Shown: positions 35,872 through 44,565 of the stretch, piece after piece
Layout: every line of letters starts with the position of its first letter
Numbering within the stretch: position 1 is the first letter of the stretch
Assembly: GCA_016794005.1 (NCBI GenBank)
Contig: JAEUKY010000016.1
Span: 27,589-91,588, forward strand
Length of the DNA: 64,000 nucleotides
Direction: 5' to 3'
DNA from: Rhodospirillales bacterium
Lineage (GTDB): Bacteria > Pseudomonadota > Alphaproteobacteria > CACIAM-22H2
Notes under the pieces: model-generated
What the model was told of the DNA's origin: nothing
What the model saw: only the letters and a program-made list of their open reading frames with translations
Database searches by the model: none
Program-made: the position numbers and the translations under genes

Positions 35872-36762
35872 ATGTCCAAGAAAATGTTCGGCGTCATTCC
35901 CCCCATGACCACGCCGTTTCGCGAGGATGGCGAAATGGCGCTCGACGCCGTCAAGGCCCAGGTCGACTTCCTGGTGAAATGCGGTTCGCACGGGCTTGCG
36001 GCCGGCGGATCGACGGGCGAAGGCCACACGCTGGATATCGCCGAATACCGCGATCTGATGCAGGCGACGGTCGACGCCGCCGCAGGCCGCATCCCGGTCA
36101 TCGCCGGCATCATCGTCGATTCCACGCGCGATGCGGTCAAACGCGGCAAGGCTGTGCGCGACCTCGGCGTCGCCGCCCTGCAGGTGACGCCGGTCCACTA
36201 CCTCTTCAAGCCCGACGACGACGCGATGGTCCGTCACTTCAAGACGATGGCCGACGAGGCCGGCGTGCCGATCATCATCTACAACGTCGTGCCGTGGAGC
36301 TACCTGTCGCCGGCACTGCTCGTGCGCATCATGACCGAAGTGCCGCTGGTCGTCGGCGTCAAGCAGAGTGCAGGCGACCTCAAGCTCTTCGCCGACCTGA
36401 TGCTGACGGCGCCGAAGGACAAGCTGATCTTCTCGGCCGTCGACGCGCTGATGTATCCCTCGTACACGCTGGGTGCGGCCGGCTCGATCGCCGCGATCCT
36501 CGCCGCGGCCCCCAAGCCGTCGGTCGACCTGTGGGACGCGGTCAAGGCGGGCGACCATGCGCGCGCGCACGACCTCCACAGGAAGCTGCTGGTGCTGTGG
36601 AACGCGATCGTCGCGGACAACCTGCCGGCCTGCACGAAGTTCGCGCAGCGCCTGCAGGGCATTCCGGCGATGTTCCCGCGCCAGCCTATGCCCGTCGCGT
36701 CGGCTGCCCAGCAGGCCGCGATCACGAAGGCGCTTGCCGGTCTCGGCATCGTCGCGAAGTAG
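35872..36762 (+). CDS. DapA/NAL-family class I aldolase (2-keto-3-deoxy-sugar-acid aldolase or dihydrodipicolinate-synthase-like).
   Basis: GSTGEG motif and Schiff-base lysine context VVGVKQS; RBS GAGGAA. Confidence 0.75.
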   Translation: MSKKMFGVIPPMTTPFREDGEMALDAVKAQVDFLVKCGSHGLAAGGSTGEGHTLDIAEYRDLMQATVDAAAGRIPVIAGIIVDSTRDAVKRGKAVRDLGVAALQVTPVHYLFKPDDDAMVRHFKTMADEAGVPIIIYNVVPWSYLSPALLVRIMTEVPLVVGVKQSAGDLKLFADLMLTAPKDKLIFSAVDALMYPSYTLGAAGSIAAILAAAPKPSVDLWDAVKAGDHARAHDLHRKLLVLWNAIVADNLPACTKFAQRLQGIPAMFPRQPMPVASAAQQAAITKALAGLGIVAK

Positions 36763-36780
36763 CAACAGGACGTGCGTACC

Positions 36781-36805
36781 GGCGGCCGGGAATGCCGGCC
36801 GCCGT
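36781..36805 (+). other. GC hairpin CGGCGGCCGG-gaatg-CCGGCCGCCG between the dapA-like gene and tctC.
   Basis: 10-bp perfect stem, no U-tract. An intra-operon processing or partial-termination element. Confidence 0.35.
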
Positions 36806-36844
36806 CCGGCAGAACACAAGAAACCATCCCTTGAGGAGGAACCC

Positions 36845-37807
36845 ATGAAACTCACTCGCCGCGCATTCACCGCGGGGCTGGCTGCCGCCGGTCTCGCTTC
36901 GCCTGCGATCGCGCAGACCTTCCAGCGCGACATCACGATGGTGGTGCCGTGGGCCGCCGGCGGCGGCACCGACACGCTCGCCCGCACGCTCGTCAAGAAC
37001 GCCAAGCAGTATCTGGGCGTGGGCATCAACGTCGTGAACCGCACGGGCGGTACGGGTGCGGTCGGCATGCAGTCGGTCTCGGCCGCGCGCCCGGACGGCT
37101 ATACGATCGGCCTGATCACGTTCCACCTCAGCGCCTACCGCCTGATGGGCCTCAGCGACCTGTCGTACCGCGATTTCGAGCCGATCGCGCTCTTGAACCG
37201 CACGCCGGCGGCTTTCTCGGTCAAGGCGGACTCGCCGTTCAAGACGCTCAAGGATCTCGTCGACTACGCCAAGGCCAATCCGGGCGTCGTGACGGTCGCC
37301 AACAGCGGTGCGGGCGCCAACACCCATCTTTCGGCGGCGATCCTCGCGAAGAACAACGGCATCAAGTTCAGCTTCGTTCCGTTCGACGGCGGCGCCCCGG
37401 CGCGTACCGCGATGGTGGGCGGCCACGTGACGTCGCTCGTGTCCGGCCCCGACGAGGTGCTGCAGTACGTCAAGACCGGCCAGGTCCGCATCCTCGCGAT
37501 GGTCGGCGAGCAGCGCCATCCGAGCTTCCCCGACGTGCCGACGATTGCCGAAGCGGGCTTTCCCAACAAGGAGATCGTCTACGACTGGCGCGGCATCGGC
37601 GCGCCCAAGGGCCTGCCGCCGGCGATCTCGAAGACGCTGTCGGAAGGCTTCGAGAAGATGGCGAAGGATCCCGACTTCATCGCGCTGATGGATCAGGCGG
37701 CGCTGGCGCGCGTCTACATGAACGGGGCGGACTTCACGAAGTTCCTCGCCGGCATGGAAACGTCGCTCGAGCCGGCGCTGGCCGAGGTCGGGCTACTCAA
37801 GAAATGA
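36845..37807 (+). CDS. tctC: Tripartite tricarboxylate transporter substrate-binding protein (TctC / Bug family).
   Basis: Tat/Sec signal (MKLTRRAFTAGLAAAGLASPAIAQ) and the Bug-family fold; followed by tctB and tctA. Confidence 0.8.
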   Translation: MKLTRRAFTAGLAAAGLASPAIAQTFQRDITMVVPWAAGGGTDTLARTLVKNAKQYLGVGINVVNRTGGTGAVGMQSVSAARPDGYTIGLITFHLSAYRLMGLSDLSYRDFEPIALLNRTPAAFSVKADSPFKTLKDLVDYAKANPGVVTVANSGAGANTHLSAAILAKNNGIKFSFVPFDGGAPARTAMVGGHVTSLVSGPDEVLQYVKTGQVRILAMVGEQRHPSFPDVPTIAEAGFPNKEIVYDWRGIGAPKGLPPAISKTLSEGFEKMAKDPDFIALMDQAALARVYMNGADFTKFLAGMETSLEPALAEVGLLKK

Positions 37808-38286
37808 GCGCGGACGGAAAGTCGCCGCAGGTCCGCATGACGATCGCGGACCTGTCGGCGGCCTCCATCTCGCTGGTCTTCGCGGGCTGGGCGTTCCACG
37901 AGTCCGGCCGCTGGCCGGCCCCCGAGTTCATCGGCGGTCCGGCGATCGTGCCGCGAGCCGTCGCGACGATCCTGGTCGTCGTCGCGCTGGCGCTGGCATG
38001 GAACGCGCTGCGCGGCCGTTCCGACGCCGTCGAGAAGCCGCTCGACGCGACGAAGATCCGGCGCATCGCATTGACGCTCGGACTTACGGCCGCCTACGCG
38101 GTGTCGCTCGAGCCGGCCGGCTTTCTTCCGTCGACATTCGTCTTCCTCGTCGCGTTCCTCCACGTGATGGGGGCGACGAACCGGGTTTCGATCGTCGGCT
38201 TCTCGATCCTGCTGACGGCGGGGTTCCACGCGATCTTCGATCTCGTCCTCAAGGTCCCGCTTCCGCCGATCGTCTGGCTTTCCTGA
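37804..38286 (+). CDS. tctB: TctB small membrane subunit.
   Basis: 160-aa four-TM protein; ATGA overlap with tctC. It sits in the tail of the long ORF 36949..38286. Confidence 0.7.
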   Translation: MSADGKSPQVRMTIADLSAASISLVFAGWAFHESGRWPAPEFIGGPAIVPRAVATILVVVALALAWNALRGRSDAVEKPLDATKIRRIALTLGLTAAYAVSLEPAGFLPSTFVFLVAFLHVMGATNRVSIVGFSILLTAGFHAIFDLVLKVPLPPIVWLS

Positions 38287-38301
38287 AGGATCGGCGCGCA
38301 G

Positions 38302-39792
38302 ATGCTCGATTTCAGTCTCCTACTCCAGGGCTTCGGGACCGTCCTCAGCGGTCCGAACCTGCTGGCGATCGTCCTCGGCTCGATCGGCGGCATCATCGTG
38401 GGGGCGCTGCCGGGCCTCACCGCGACGATGGCGATCGCCCTGCTGATCCCGTTCACGTTCAGCATGGACCCCACGACGGGGATCTGCATGCTGCTCGCGG
38501 TCTATGCGGCGGGTATCTACGGCGGCGGCATCGCGTCGATCCTGATCCGTACGCCCGGTACGCCGGCCGCCGTCGTCACGGTGCTCGACGGCTATCCGAT
38601 GGCGCAGAAGGGGATGGCGGGGCAGGCGCTGGGCCTCGCCACCATCGGATCGGGCACCGGCGGCCTCTTCTCCGCGATCTGCCTTGCGCTGTTCGCCCCG
38701 ATCCTCGCCGCGTTCGCGCTGCGCTTCAGCGCGCCCGAGTACTTCGCCGTCGCCGTGCTCGGCCTCGCCGTTACGATCACGCTGACCGGCCGCTCGCCGC
38801 TGAAGGGCGCGGTGTCCGCGTCGATGGGCCTGCTGATCGCGATGATCGGGCTCGACCCGATCGGCGGCTTCCCGCGCTTCACGTTCGGCCTGACGGAACT
38901 GACGGGCGGCATCAGCTTCGTGCCGATGCTGATCGGGCTTTTCTCGCTGTCCGAGGCGTTCCGCCAGATCGAACTGATCGAAACGACCGAGCGGATGACT
39001 GCGAAGATCGGACGCGTGCTGCCGACGATCGGCGAGCTGATCGTCCATCGCTGGACGATGCTGCGCGCCTGCGTCATCGGCATCGTGGTCGGCATCATCC
39101 CCAGCATGGGGCCCGAGACGGCGGCGTTCGTCTCGTACTCCGAGACGAAGCGCAACTCGAAGGAGCCGGAGGAATTCGGCAAGGGAAAGCCCGACGGCGT
39201 CGTCGCAGCCCAGACGGCCGAGAACGCGTCCACCGGCGGCGACGTGCTGCCGATGATCACGCTGGGCGTGCCCGGCGACGCGGCGACGGCGGTGCTGATG
39301 GGGGCGCTGACGATCCACAATCTGGAGCCCGGCCCGCTGCTGTTCCGCGACCATCCCGACGTCGTGCACATGCTGTTCGCCGGCCTGATCGTGGCGAACG
39401 TGGCGTTCCTCGTGATCGGGCTCGTCGGCGCGCGCCAGTTCGCCAAAGTCCTCAATCTCGACCGGCGCTATCTCGTGCCCGCGATCATGCTGTGCAGCCT
39501 GATCGGTTCCTACGCGATCAACAACAACCCGATGGACGTCTGGGTCTGCCTGATCTTCGGCTTCATCGGCTATCTGATGCAGCGCTACGACTATCCGGTC
39601 TCGCCGATCGTGCTCGCGCAGATCCTGGGGGCGATGGCGGAGTCGAACTTCCGCCGCTCGCTCGCGATGTCGCAGGGCGATCTCGGGATTTTCGCCACGC
39701 GGCCGATCGCGGCGGTGCTTCTGCTGCTGGCGGTCGTCGCGGCTGTCAGCGCCATCCGAAGACAGATGCAGCCAGGCGGCGCCAGGCCATGA
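38302..39792 (+). CDS. tctA: TctA large permease subunit.
   Basis: 496-aa polytopic membrane protein with the internal repeat typical of TctA (GALPGLTATMAIALLIP...). Confidence 0.85.
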   Translation: MLDFSLLLQGFGTVLSGPNLLAIVLGSIGGIIVGALPGLTATMAIALLIPFTFSMDPTTGICMLLAVYAAGIYGGGIASILIRTPGTPAAVVTVLDGYPMAQKGMAGQALGLATIGSGTGGLFSAICLALFAPILAAFALRFSAPEYFAVAVLGLAVTITLTGRSPLKGAVSASMGLLIAMIGLDPIGGFPRFTFGLTELTGGISFVPMLIGLFSLSEAFRQIELIETTERMTAKIGRVLPTIGELIVHRWTMLRACVIGIVVGIIPSMGPETAAFVSYSETKRNSKEPEEFGKGKPDGVVAAQTAENASTGGDVLPMITLGVPGDAATAVLMGALTIHNLEPGPLLFRDHPDVVHMLFAGLIVANVAFLVIGLVGARQFAKVLNLDRRYLVPAIMLCSLIGSYAINNNPMDVWVCLIFGFIGYLMQRYDYPVSPIVLAQILGAMAESNFRRSLAMSQGDLGIFATRPIAAVLLLLAVVAAVSAIRRQMQPGGARP

Positions 39793-40697
39793 AGCGCGTC
39801 GTCGCCGTCGGCATCGCGGTCATGGACAAGGTCTTCGGGATCGACGCGATCCCGACGGAGGCGACCAAGGTTTTCGCGAAATCGTATCTGGAGGTCGGCG
39901 GCGGGCCGGCGGCGACCGGGGCGGTCACCATTGCGCGGCTGGGCGGTGCGGTCGAGCTGTGGGCGCGGGTCGGCGACGATCCGGTCGGCCGGCGCATCGT
40001 CGAGGAGCTGAAGGAGTGGGGGGTCGCCACGTCGATCCGCCACGACCCCAAGGGCCGTTCGGGCGTGTCGTGCGTGGCGGTCGCGAAGGACGGCGAGCGC
40101 CTGATCTTCGCCTTCGCCGATCCGGCCCTCGACCCCGATCCGGCCTGGTTGCCGCTCGACCGCATCGCGGGGGCCGGCACCGTGCTGACCGACCTGCGCT
40201 GGCCGCGCGCTGCCGAAGCGGCGCTGCGCAAGGCGCGCGAACTGGGCGTGCCCAGCGTGCTCGACGCGGACCTGACGACCGACGACATCGCGCGCACGCT
40301 GGTTCCGCTCGCCGACAGCGTCGTGTTCTCGTCGCCGGCCTTGCGCAAGCTGACGGGCGAGGCGACGGCCGAAGCAGGCCTCTACGCCGCGGCGAAACTC
40401 GCGAACGGCATGGTCGGCGTCACGATGGGCGCGCAGGGCTTCAAGTGGCTCGCCGACGGCCGGATCGAGCACGAGCCGGGCTTCGCGGTCGCGGCGGTCG
40501 ACACGCTGGGGGCGGGCGACGTCTTCCACGGCGCCTTCGCTCTGGCGGTGGCCGAAGGTCGCGGCGTGCGCGCGGCCGCGCGCTTCGCGAACGCGGCATC
40601 GGCGCTCAAATGCACGCGCACGGGCGGACGCAACGGCATTCCGACGCGCGCCGAAGTCGACCTTCTGCTTGCGGAACGGGCGCCGGCCATCGCGTAG
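39789..40697 (+). CDS. PfkB-family sugar or sugar-acid kinase (ribokinase fold).
   Basis: C-terminal DTLGAGDVFHGAF anion-hole/ATP motif. ATGA overlap with tctA, so it is co-transcribed with the transporter. Confidence 0.8.
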   Translation: MKRVVAVGIAVMDKVFGIDAIPTEATKVFAKSYLEVGGGPAATGAVTIARLGGAVELWARVGDDPVGRRIVEELKEWGVATSIRHDPKGRSGVSCVAVAKDGERLIFAFADPALDPDPAWLPLDRIAGAGTVLTDLRWPRAAEAALRKARELGVPSVLDADLTTDDIARTLVPLADSVVFSSPALRKLTGEATAEAGLYAAAKLANGMVGVTMGAQGFKWLADGRIEHEPGFAVAAVDTLGAGDVFHGAFALAVAEGRGVRAAARFANAASALKCTRTGGRNGIPTRAEVDLLLAERAPAIA

Positions 40698-40813
40698 CAT
40701 ACACTTGTATAGTGTGAACAATACGATCTACCCGGAAAGGGTGTTTCGTAGCAGTCTGGCTTCCGCCGGCCGGGCGCCGAGTCCCGGGCGAGCCCATGCG
40801 ATGCGGAGGTCAG

Positions 40814-41194
40814 ATGCGTTTCGGCAGAACCCTTGTCGGACTTTTCGCGGCTATGCTTGTCGCCGCTCCGATGCGTGTCGTGGCACAGGACGCAGTTGCG
40901 GGCGAAGCGGTCTTCCGGCGGATCTGTGCCGCCTGCCATAACCCGACACCGGACGGTCCGTCGAAACTCGGCCCGTCGCTGTTCCGGGTCGTCGGCCGGA
41001 AGGCCGGCACGCTCGAGGGCTACAGGTTCTCGGCCGCGAAGCGCGATCCGGACCTATTCTGGACGGCCGAACGCCTCGATCCCTATCTGGCGAATCCGCG
41101 CGAGTTCATGCCCGGCACGTCGATGGCCTATGCCGGCCTGAAGAACGACGCCGAGCGCGCGAACGTGATCGCCTATTTAGGGACGCTGAAATAG
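40814..41194 (+). CDS. Class I c-type cytochrome (c2/c552-like), periplasmic.
   Basis: Signal peptide; a single CAACH heme-binding motif; Met ligand region PGTSMAYAG; RBS GGAGG. Confidence 0.8.
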   Translation: MRFGRTLVGLFAAMLVAAPMRVVAQDAVAGEAVFRRICAACHNPTPDGPSKLGPSLFRVVGRKAGTLEGYRFSAAKRDPDLFWTAERLDPYLANPREFMPGTSMAYAGLKNDAERANVIAYLGTLK

Positions 41195-41211
41195 CCGGCG
41201 AACCATGTAGG

Positions 41212-41234
41212 ATGCGGCCGGTTTCAGGCCGCAT
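41212..41234 (+). terminator. Stem-loop ATGCGGCC-ggtttca-GGCCGCAT downstream of the cytochrome c gene.
   Basis: 8-bp perfect stem 17 nt after the stop codon. It lacks a U-run, so it may be Rho-dependent or a stability element. Confidence 0.3.
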
Positions 41235-41251
41235 TCCCAGGGAGAATCGCC

Positions 41252-42064
41252 GTGACTCGACGCATGCTTGCCGGACAGGTCGCCCTCGTAACGGGGGCGG
41301 GCCGTGGCCTCGGCCGGGCTTTTGCCGAACGCCTCGCCTCGCTGGGGGCCGATGTCGTCGTCCACGGCATGCGCGAGAACGGCCCGTCGGAATACGGCGG
41401 CACCCAGACATTGACCGACGTGACGCGCGCCATCGGCGAAGCGCACGGTGTGCGAACGATCCGCAAGCTTGCCGATCTGACCCGGATGGATGAGGTCGAG
41501 CGCATCGTCGCCGAGTCGACGGCGGAACTCGGGCCGATCGACATCCTCGTCCACAACGCCGGCGGCGACATCGCCGCACGTGGCGGCAAACCCGATCCCA
41601 ACGACGTCGTCAACATCGCTGAGGCGGACGTGCGCGCCGTCCTGGACCGCAACCTCTTGAGCACCGTGTTCGTCTGCCAGGCCGTCGCGCGTCGCATGAT
41701 GGAACGAAAGCGCGGTCGCATCGTCACGCTGGGCTCTGTCGCCGCGTTCAAGGGGCGGACGAACGCGTCGATCTACGCGACGGCGAAAGCGGGAGCACTC
41801 CATTTCTCGCGCTGCCTTGCGGACCAGATGCGGCCCTACGACGTGACCGTCAACGTGATCGCACCCGGCGATACGCGCACCGAGCGCTTCCTCAACACGC
41901 GTGCGGTCGATCCCGCACGCCTGGTCGAGACGGGCACGCTCGACCGGATCGGCACGGTCGACGAGGTCGCCCGCGTGGTCGAATTCTTCGCCGGGCCGCT
42001 CGGCGCGTTCGTGTCGGGGCAGGTGATCCGCATCGACGGCGGCGGCCAGCTCTGGCCGGGGTGA
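41252..42064 (+). CDS. SDR-family oxidoreductase.
   Basis: TGAGRGLGRAFA, NAG and Y-x3-K (YATAK) motifs. GTG start; an alternative ATG lies at 41264. Confidence 0.8.
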   Translation: MTRRMLAGQVALVTGAGRGLGRAFAERLASLGADVVVHGMRENGPSEYGGTQTLTDVTRAIGEAHGVRTIRKLADLTRMDEVERIVAESTAELGPIDILVHNAGGDIAARGGKPDPNDVVNIAEADVRAVLDRNLLSTVFVCQAVARRMMERKRGRIVTLGSVAAFKGRTNASIYATAKAGALHFSRCLADQMRPYDVTVNVIAPGDTRTERFLNTRAVDPARLVETGTLDRIGTVDEVARVVEFFAGPLGAFVSGQVIRIDGGGQLWPG

Positions 42065-42111
42065 CGCCGGACCGCCTTCGCGGTATGCTTGGCAAAACCC
42101 GGGAGAAAGCC

Positions 42112-43143
42112 ATGCGCGCCGTCGTCATTCACGCCCCCAAGGACCTGCGGATCGACACGCTCCCGGACGTGCCGCCGGGCGACGGCGAGGTGAAGGTGCG
42201 CATCGGGGCCGGCGGCATCTGCGGTTCGGACCTGCACTATTACCATCACGGCGGTTTCGGCACGGTGCGCATCAGGCAGCCGATGACGCTAGGCCACGAG
42301 ATTTCCGGCACGATCGACGAGGTCGGGGCGGGCGTGTCGCATCTGCGGCCGGGCATGCGCGTGGCGGTCAACCCGAGCCGGCCCTGTTTCGAGTGCAAGT
42401 ACTGCCATCAGGGCATGCACAACCAGTGTCTCGACATGCATTTCTTCGGCAGCGCCATGCGCTTCCCGCACGTGCAGGGCGCGTTCGCCGAAAGCGTGAC
42501 GGTCGACGCCCGCCAGGCCGTTCCCGTCCCGGACTCGCTGACGCTCGGCGAAGCGGCCATGGCCGAGCCGCTGTCGGTGTGCCTGCATGCCGCGAAACAG
42601 GCGGGCCCGCTTTTCGGCAAGCGCGTGCTGGTCACGGGCTGCGGCCCGATCGGCGCGCTCGCGGTCCTCGTCGCGCGCAACGCCGGCGCGGCCGAACTCG
42701 TCGCGACCGACGTGGCGAGCCAGCCGCTGGCGACGGCGCGCAGGCTGGGTGCCACGCGCGCGATCAATCCGGTCGAGGAACCCGAAGCACTCAAGGCCTA
42801 TGCCGCCGACAAGGGCACGTTCGACGTGCTGTTCGAGGCGTCGGGCAACGAGGCCGCGCTGCGCGGGGCGCTCGACCTCGTCCGGCCGGGTGGGACGGTG
42901 GTGCAGATCGGCGTGGGCGGCGACATGAAGCTGCCGATGAACGTGATCGTCGCCAAGGAGATCAACCTGCGCGGCACGTTCCGTTTCCACGCCGAATTCG
43001 AGCTTGCCGTCGAGATGATGGGCAAGGGGCTGATCGACGTGAAGCCGGTCATCTCGGATTCCATCCCGTTCGCCGATGCGGTCAAGGCGTTCGAGCTGGC
43101 GAGCGACCGCAACAGGGCGATGAAGGTCCAGCTCGTCTTCTAG
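42112..43143 (+). CDS. Zn-dependent medium-chain alcohol/polyol dehydrogenase (sorbitol / L-idonate 5-dehydrogenase-like).
   Basis: GHEISG zinc-ligand region, structural-Zn cysteines (CFECKYC) and Rossmann GCGPIG; RBS GGGAGAAAG. Confidence 0.8.
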   Translation: MRAVVIHAPKDLRIDTLPDVPPGDGEVKVRIGAGGICGSDLHYYHHGGFGTVRIRQPMTLGHEISGTIDEVGAGVSHLRPGMRVAVNPSRPCFECKYCHQGMHNQCLDMHFFGSAMRFPHVQGAFAESVTVDARQAVPVPDSLTLGEAAMAEPLSVCLHAAKQAGPLFGKRVLVTGCGPIGALAVLVARNAGAAELVATDVASQPLATARRLGATRAINPVEEPEALKAYAADKGTFDVLFEASGNEAALRGALDLVRPGGTVVQIGVGGDMKLPMNVIVAKEINLRGTFRFHAEFELAVEMMGKGLIDVKPVISDSIPFADAVKAFELASDRNRAMKVQLVF

Positions 43144-43338
43144 CGCCGTTTGGCCGGACGCGCGGCCGCCTGCGCGTTCATAAAGCCGCGTCCGTCGTCC
43201 ACGCGGGATTCCGGTGCCGGCCGGGGGCGTCGATTCGCGCGCCTGTGACAGGCGGTTACCGATTGAAACAGGACGATTCCCGGGCCACCTTCGAACTCGC
43301 GTACAATCCGGCCCGGCGCTTGGAGATTTCCGACGAAC

Positions 43339-44565
43339 ATGCGTGCCCGCACTTCATTCATCTTCCTCGCACTCGCGCTGGCGGCCGGTGCGGGGGCCTG
43401 GCGGCATTTCGACCTGCCGTTGCCCTTCGTCGGCGCGTCCGCACCCGTCGCGACCGCGCCGGCCGGCGCCCGCCGACCGGGCGGGGGCGCGCCCGCACCC
43501 GTCGTGCGCGTCGCAGCCGCACGCTCGGGGGAACTGCCGATCCTGCTCGACGCGCTGGGAACCGCGCAGGCCTTCAACTCGGTCGTCGTCAACAGCCGCG
43601 TCGACGGCCAGCTCGTGAAACTTAATTTCCGCGAAGGACAGGACGTCAAGGAAGGCGATCTGCTCGCGCAGATCGATCCGCGCATCTACCAGGCCCAGCT
43701 CGACCAGGCGCTGGCCAAGCGCGCGCAGGACCAGGCGCAGCTCGACAACGCGCGGCGCGATCTCGAACGCTACGGGGCGCTGGTCAAGCAGAACTACGCG
43801 AGCGGCCAGCAGTTCGACACGGCCCGCGCACAGGTCGCGCAGATCGAGGCGACGTTGAAGGCCGACGACGCGGCGATCGCCAACGCGCGCATCCAGCTTT
43901 CCTACACGAACATCGTCGCCCCGATCTCCGGGCGGCTCGGCCTGAAGCAGGTCGATGCCGGCAACATCGTGCGCGCCAACGACGCGACCGGCATCGTCGT
44001 GATCACGCAGCTTCAGCCTGTCTCCGTCATCTTCACGCTGCCCCAGCAGCGCCTGCCGGAGATCGCGGCCAAGATGCGCGCCGGCGAAAAACTGGAAGTG
44101 CGCGCCATGCGCGCCGACGGCACCGCGCTCGACACCGGCACGGTCGAGTTCGTCGACAACCAGGTCGACCCGACGACCGGCACCATCAGGCTCAAGGCCG
44201 TGTTCCCGAACGAGGCGATGGAGCTGTGGCCAGGCAGCTTCGTCAATGTGCGCCTGCGCCTGGGTACGGTGCGCGACAGCGTGCTGATCCCCGCCTCGGC
44301 CGTGCAGTACGGGCCAGACGGCCCGTTCGCCTTCGTCGTCGGCGCCGACATGACGGCGGAGGTCCGCCCGATCCGGCCGGTGCAGACAGAAGGCGACGTG
44401 ACGGCCGTGGCGAGCGGCCTGCGCGCGGGCGAGCGCGTCGTCCTCGGCGGGCAGGACCGTCTGCGCGCGGGTACGGCCGTGACGATCGCCGGCGAAGGCG
44501 AGCCCGGGGCCGGCCCCGGTCGTCCGGGCGGCGGCGGTGCCGGAGGGCGCCGGCCCACGCCATGA
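43339..44565 (+). CDS. mdtA: RND efflux membrane fusion protein (MdtA-like).
   Basis: HlyD/MFP fold with a C-terminal Gly/Pro-rich tail; followed by two RND permeases. Confidence 0.8.
   Translation: MRARTSFIFLALALAAGAGAWRHFDLPLPFVGASAPVATAPAGARRPGGGAPAPVVRVAAARSGELPILLDALGTAQAFNSVVVNSRVDGQLVKLNFREGQDVKEGDLLAQIDPRIYQAQLDQALAKRAQDQAQLDNARRDLERYGALVKQNYASGQQFDTARAQVAQIEATLKADDAAIANARIQLSYTNIVAPISGRLGLKQVDAGNIVRANDATGIVVITQLQPVSVIFTLPQQRLPEIAAKMRAGEKLEVRAMRADGTALDTGTVEFVDNQVDPTTGTIRLKAVFPNEAMELWPGSFVNVRLRLGTVRDSVLIPASAVQYGPDGPFAFVVGADMTAEVRPIRPVQTEGDVTAVASGLRAGERVVLGGQDRLRAGTAVTIAGEGEPGAGPGRPGGGGAGGRRPTP

Noticed and set aside
37998-40697. 899-aa ORF spanning tctB/tctA into the kinase gene.
   Set aside because: Only the last 302 aa (MKRVVAVGIAVMDK...) form a PfkB kinase. 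The rest is an out-of-frame overlay on tctA.
33945-40697. Sulfoquinovose (sulfo-EMP) pathway hypothesis for the LacD-like aldolase + PfkB kinase + anion transporter cluster.
   Set aside because: No SQ isomerase (YihS-like), no sulfoquinovosidase and no sulfolactaldehyde reductase or exporter homolog is evident. Kept only as a remote possibility under the broader 'unusual anionic sugar' finding.
43144-43338. Possible terminator or operator downstream of the Zn-ADH gene and upstream of mdtA (GGACGCGGC...GCCGCGTCC with an 18-nt loop; ACAGG direct repeats).
   Set aside because: The stem encloses a long loop and has no U-tract. The ACAGG repeats are short. Too weak to call without data.
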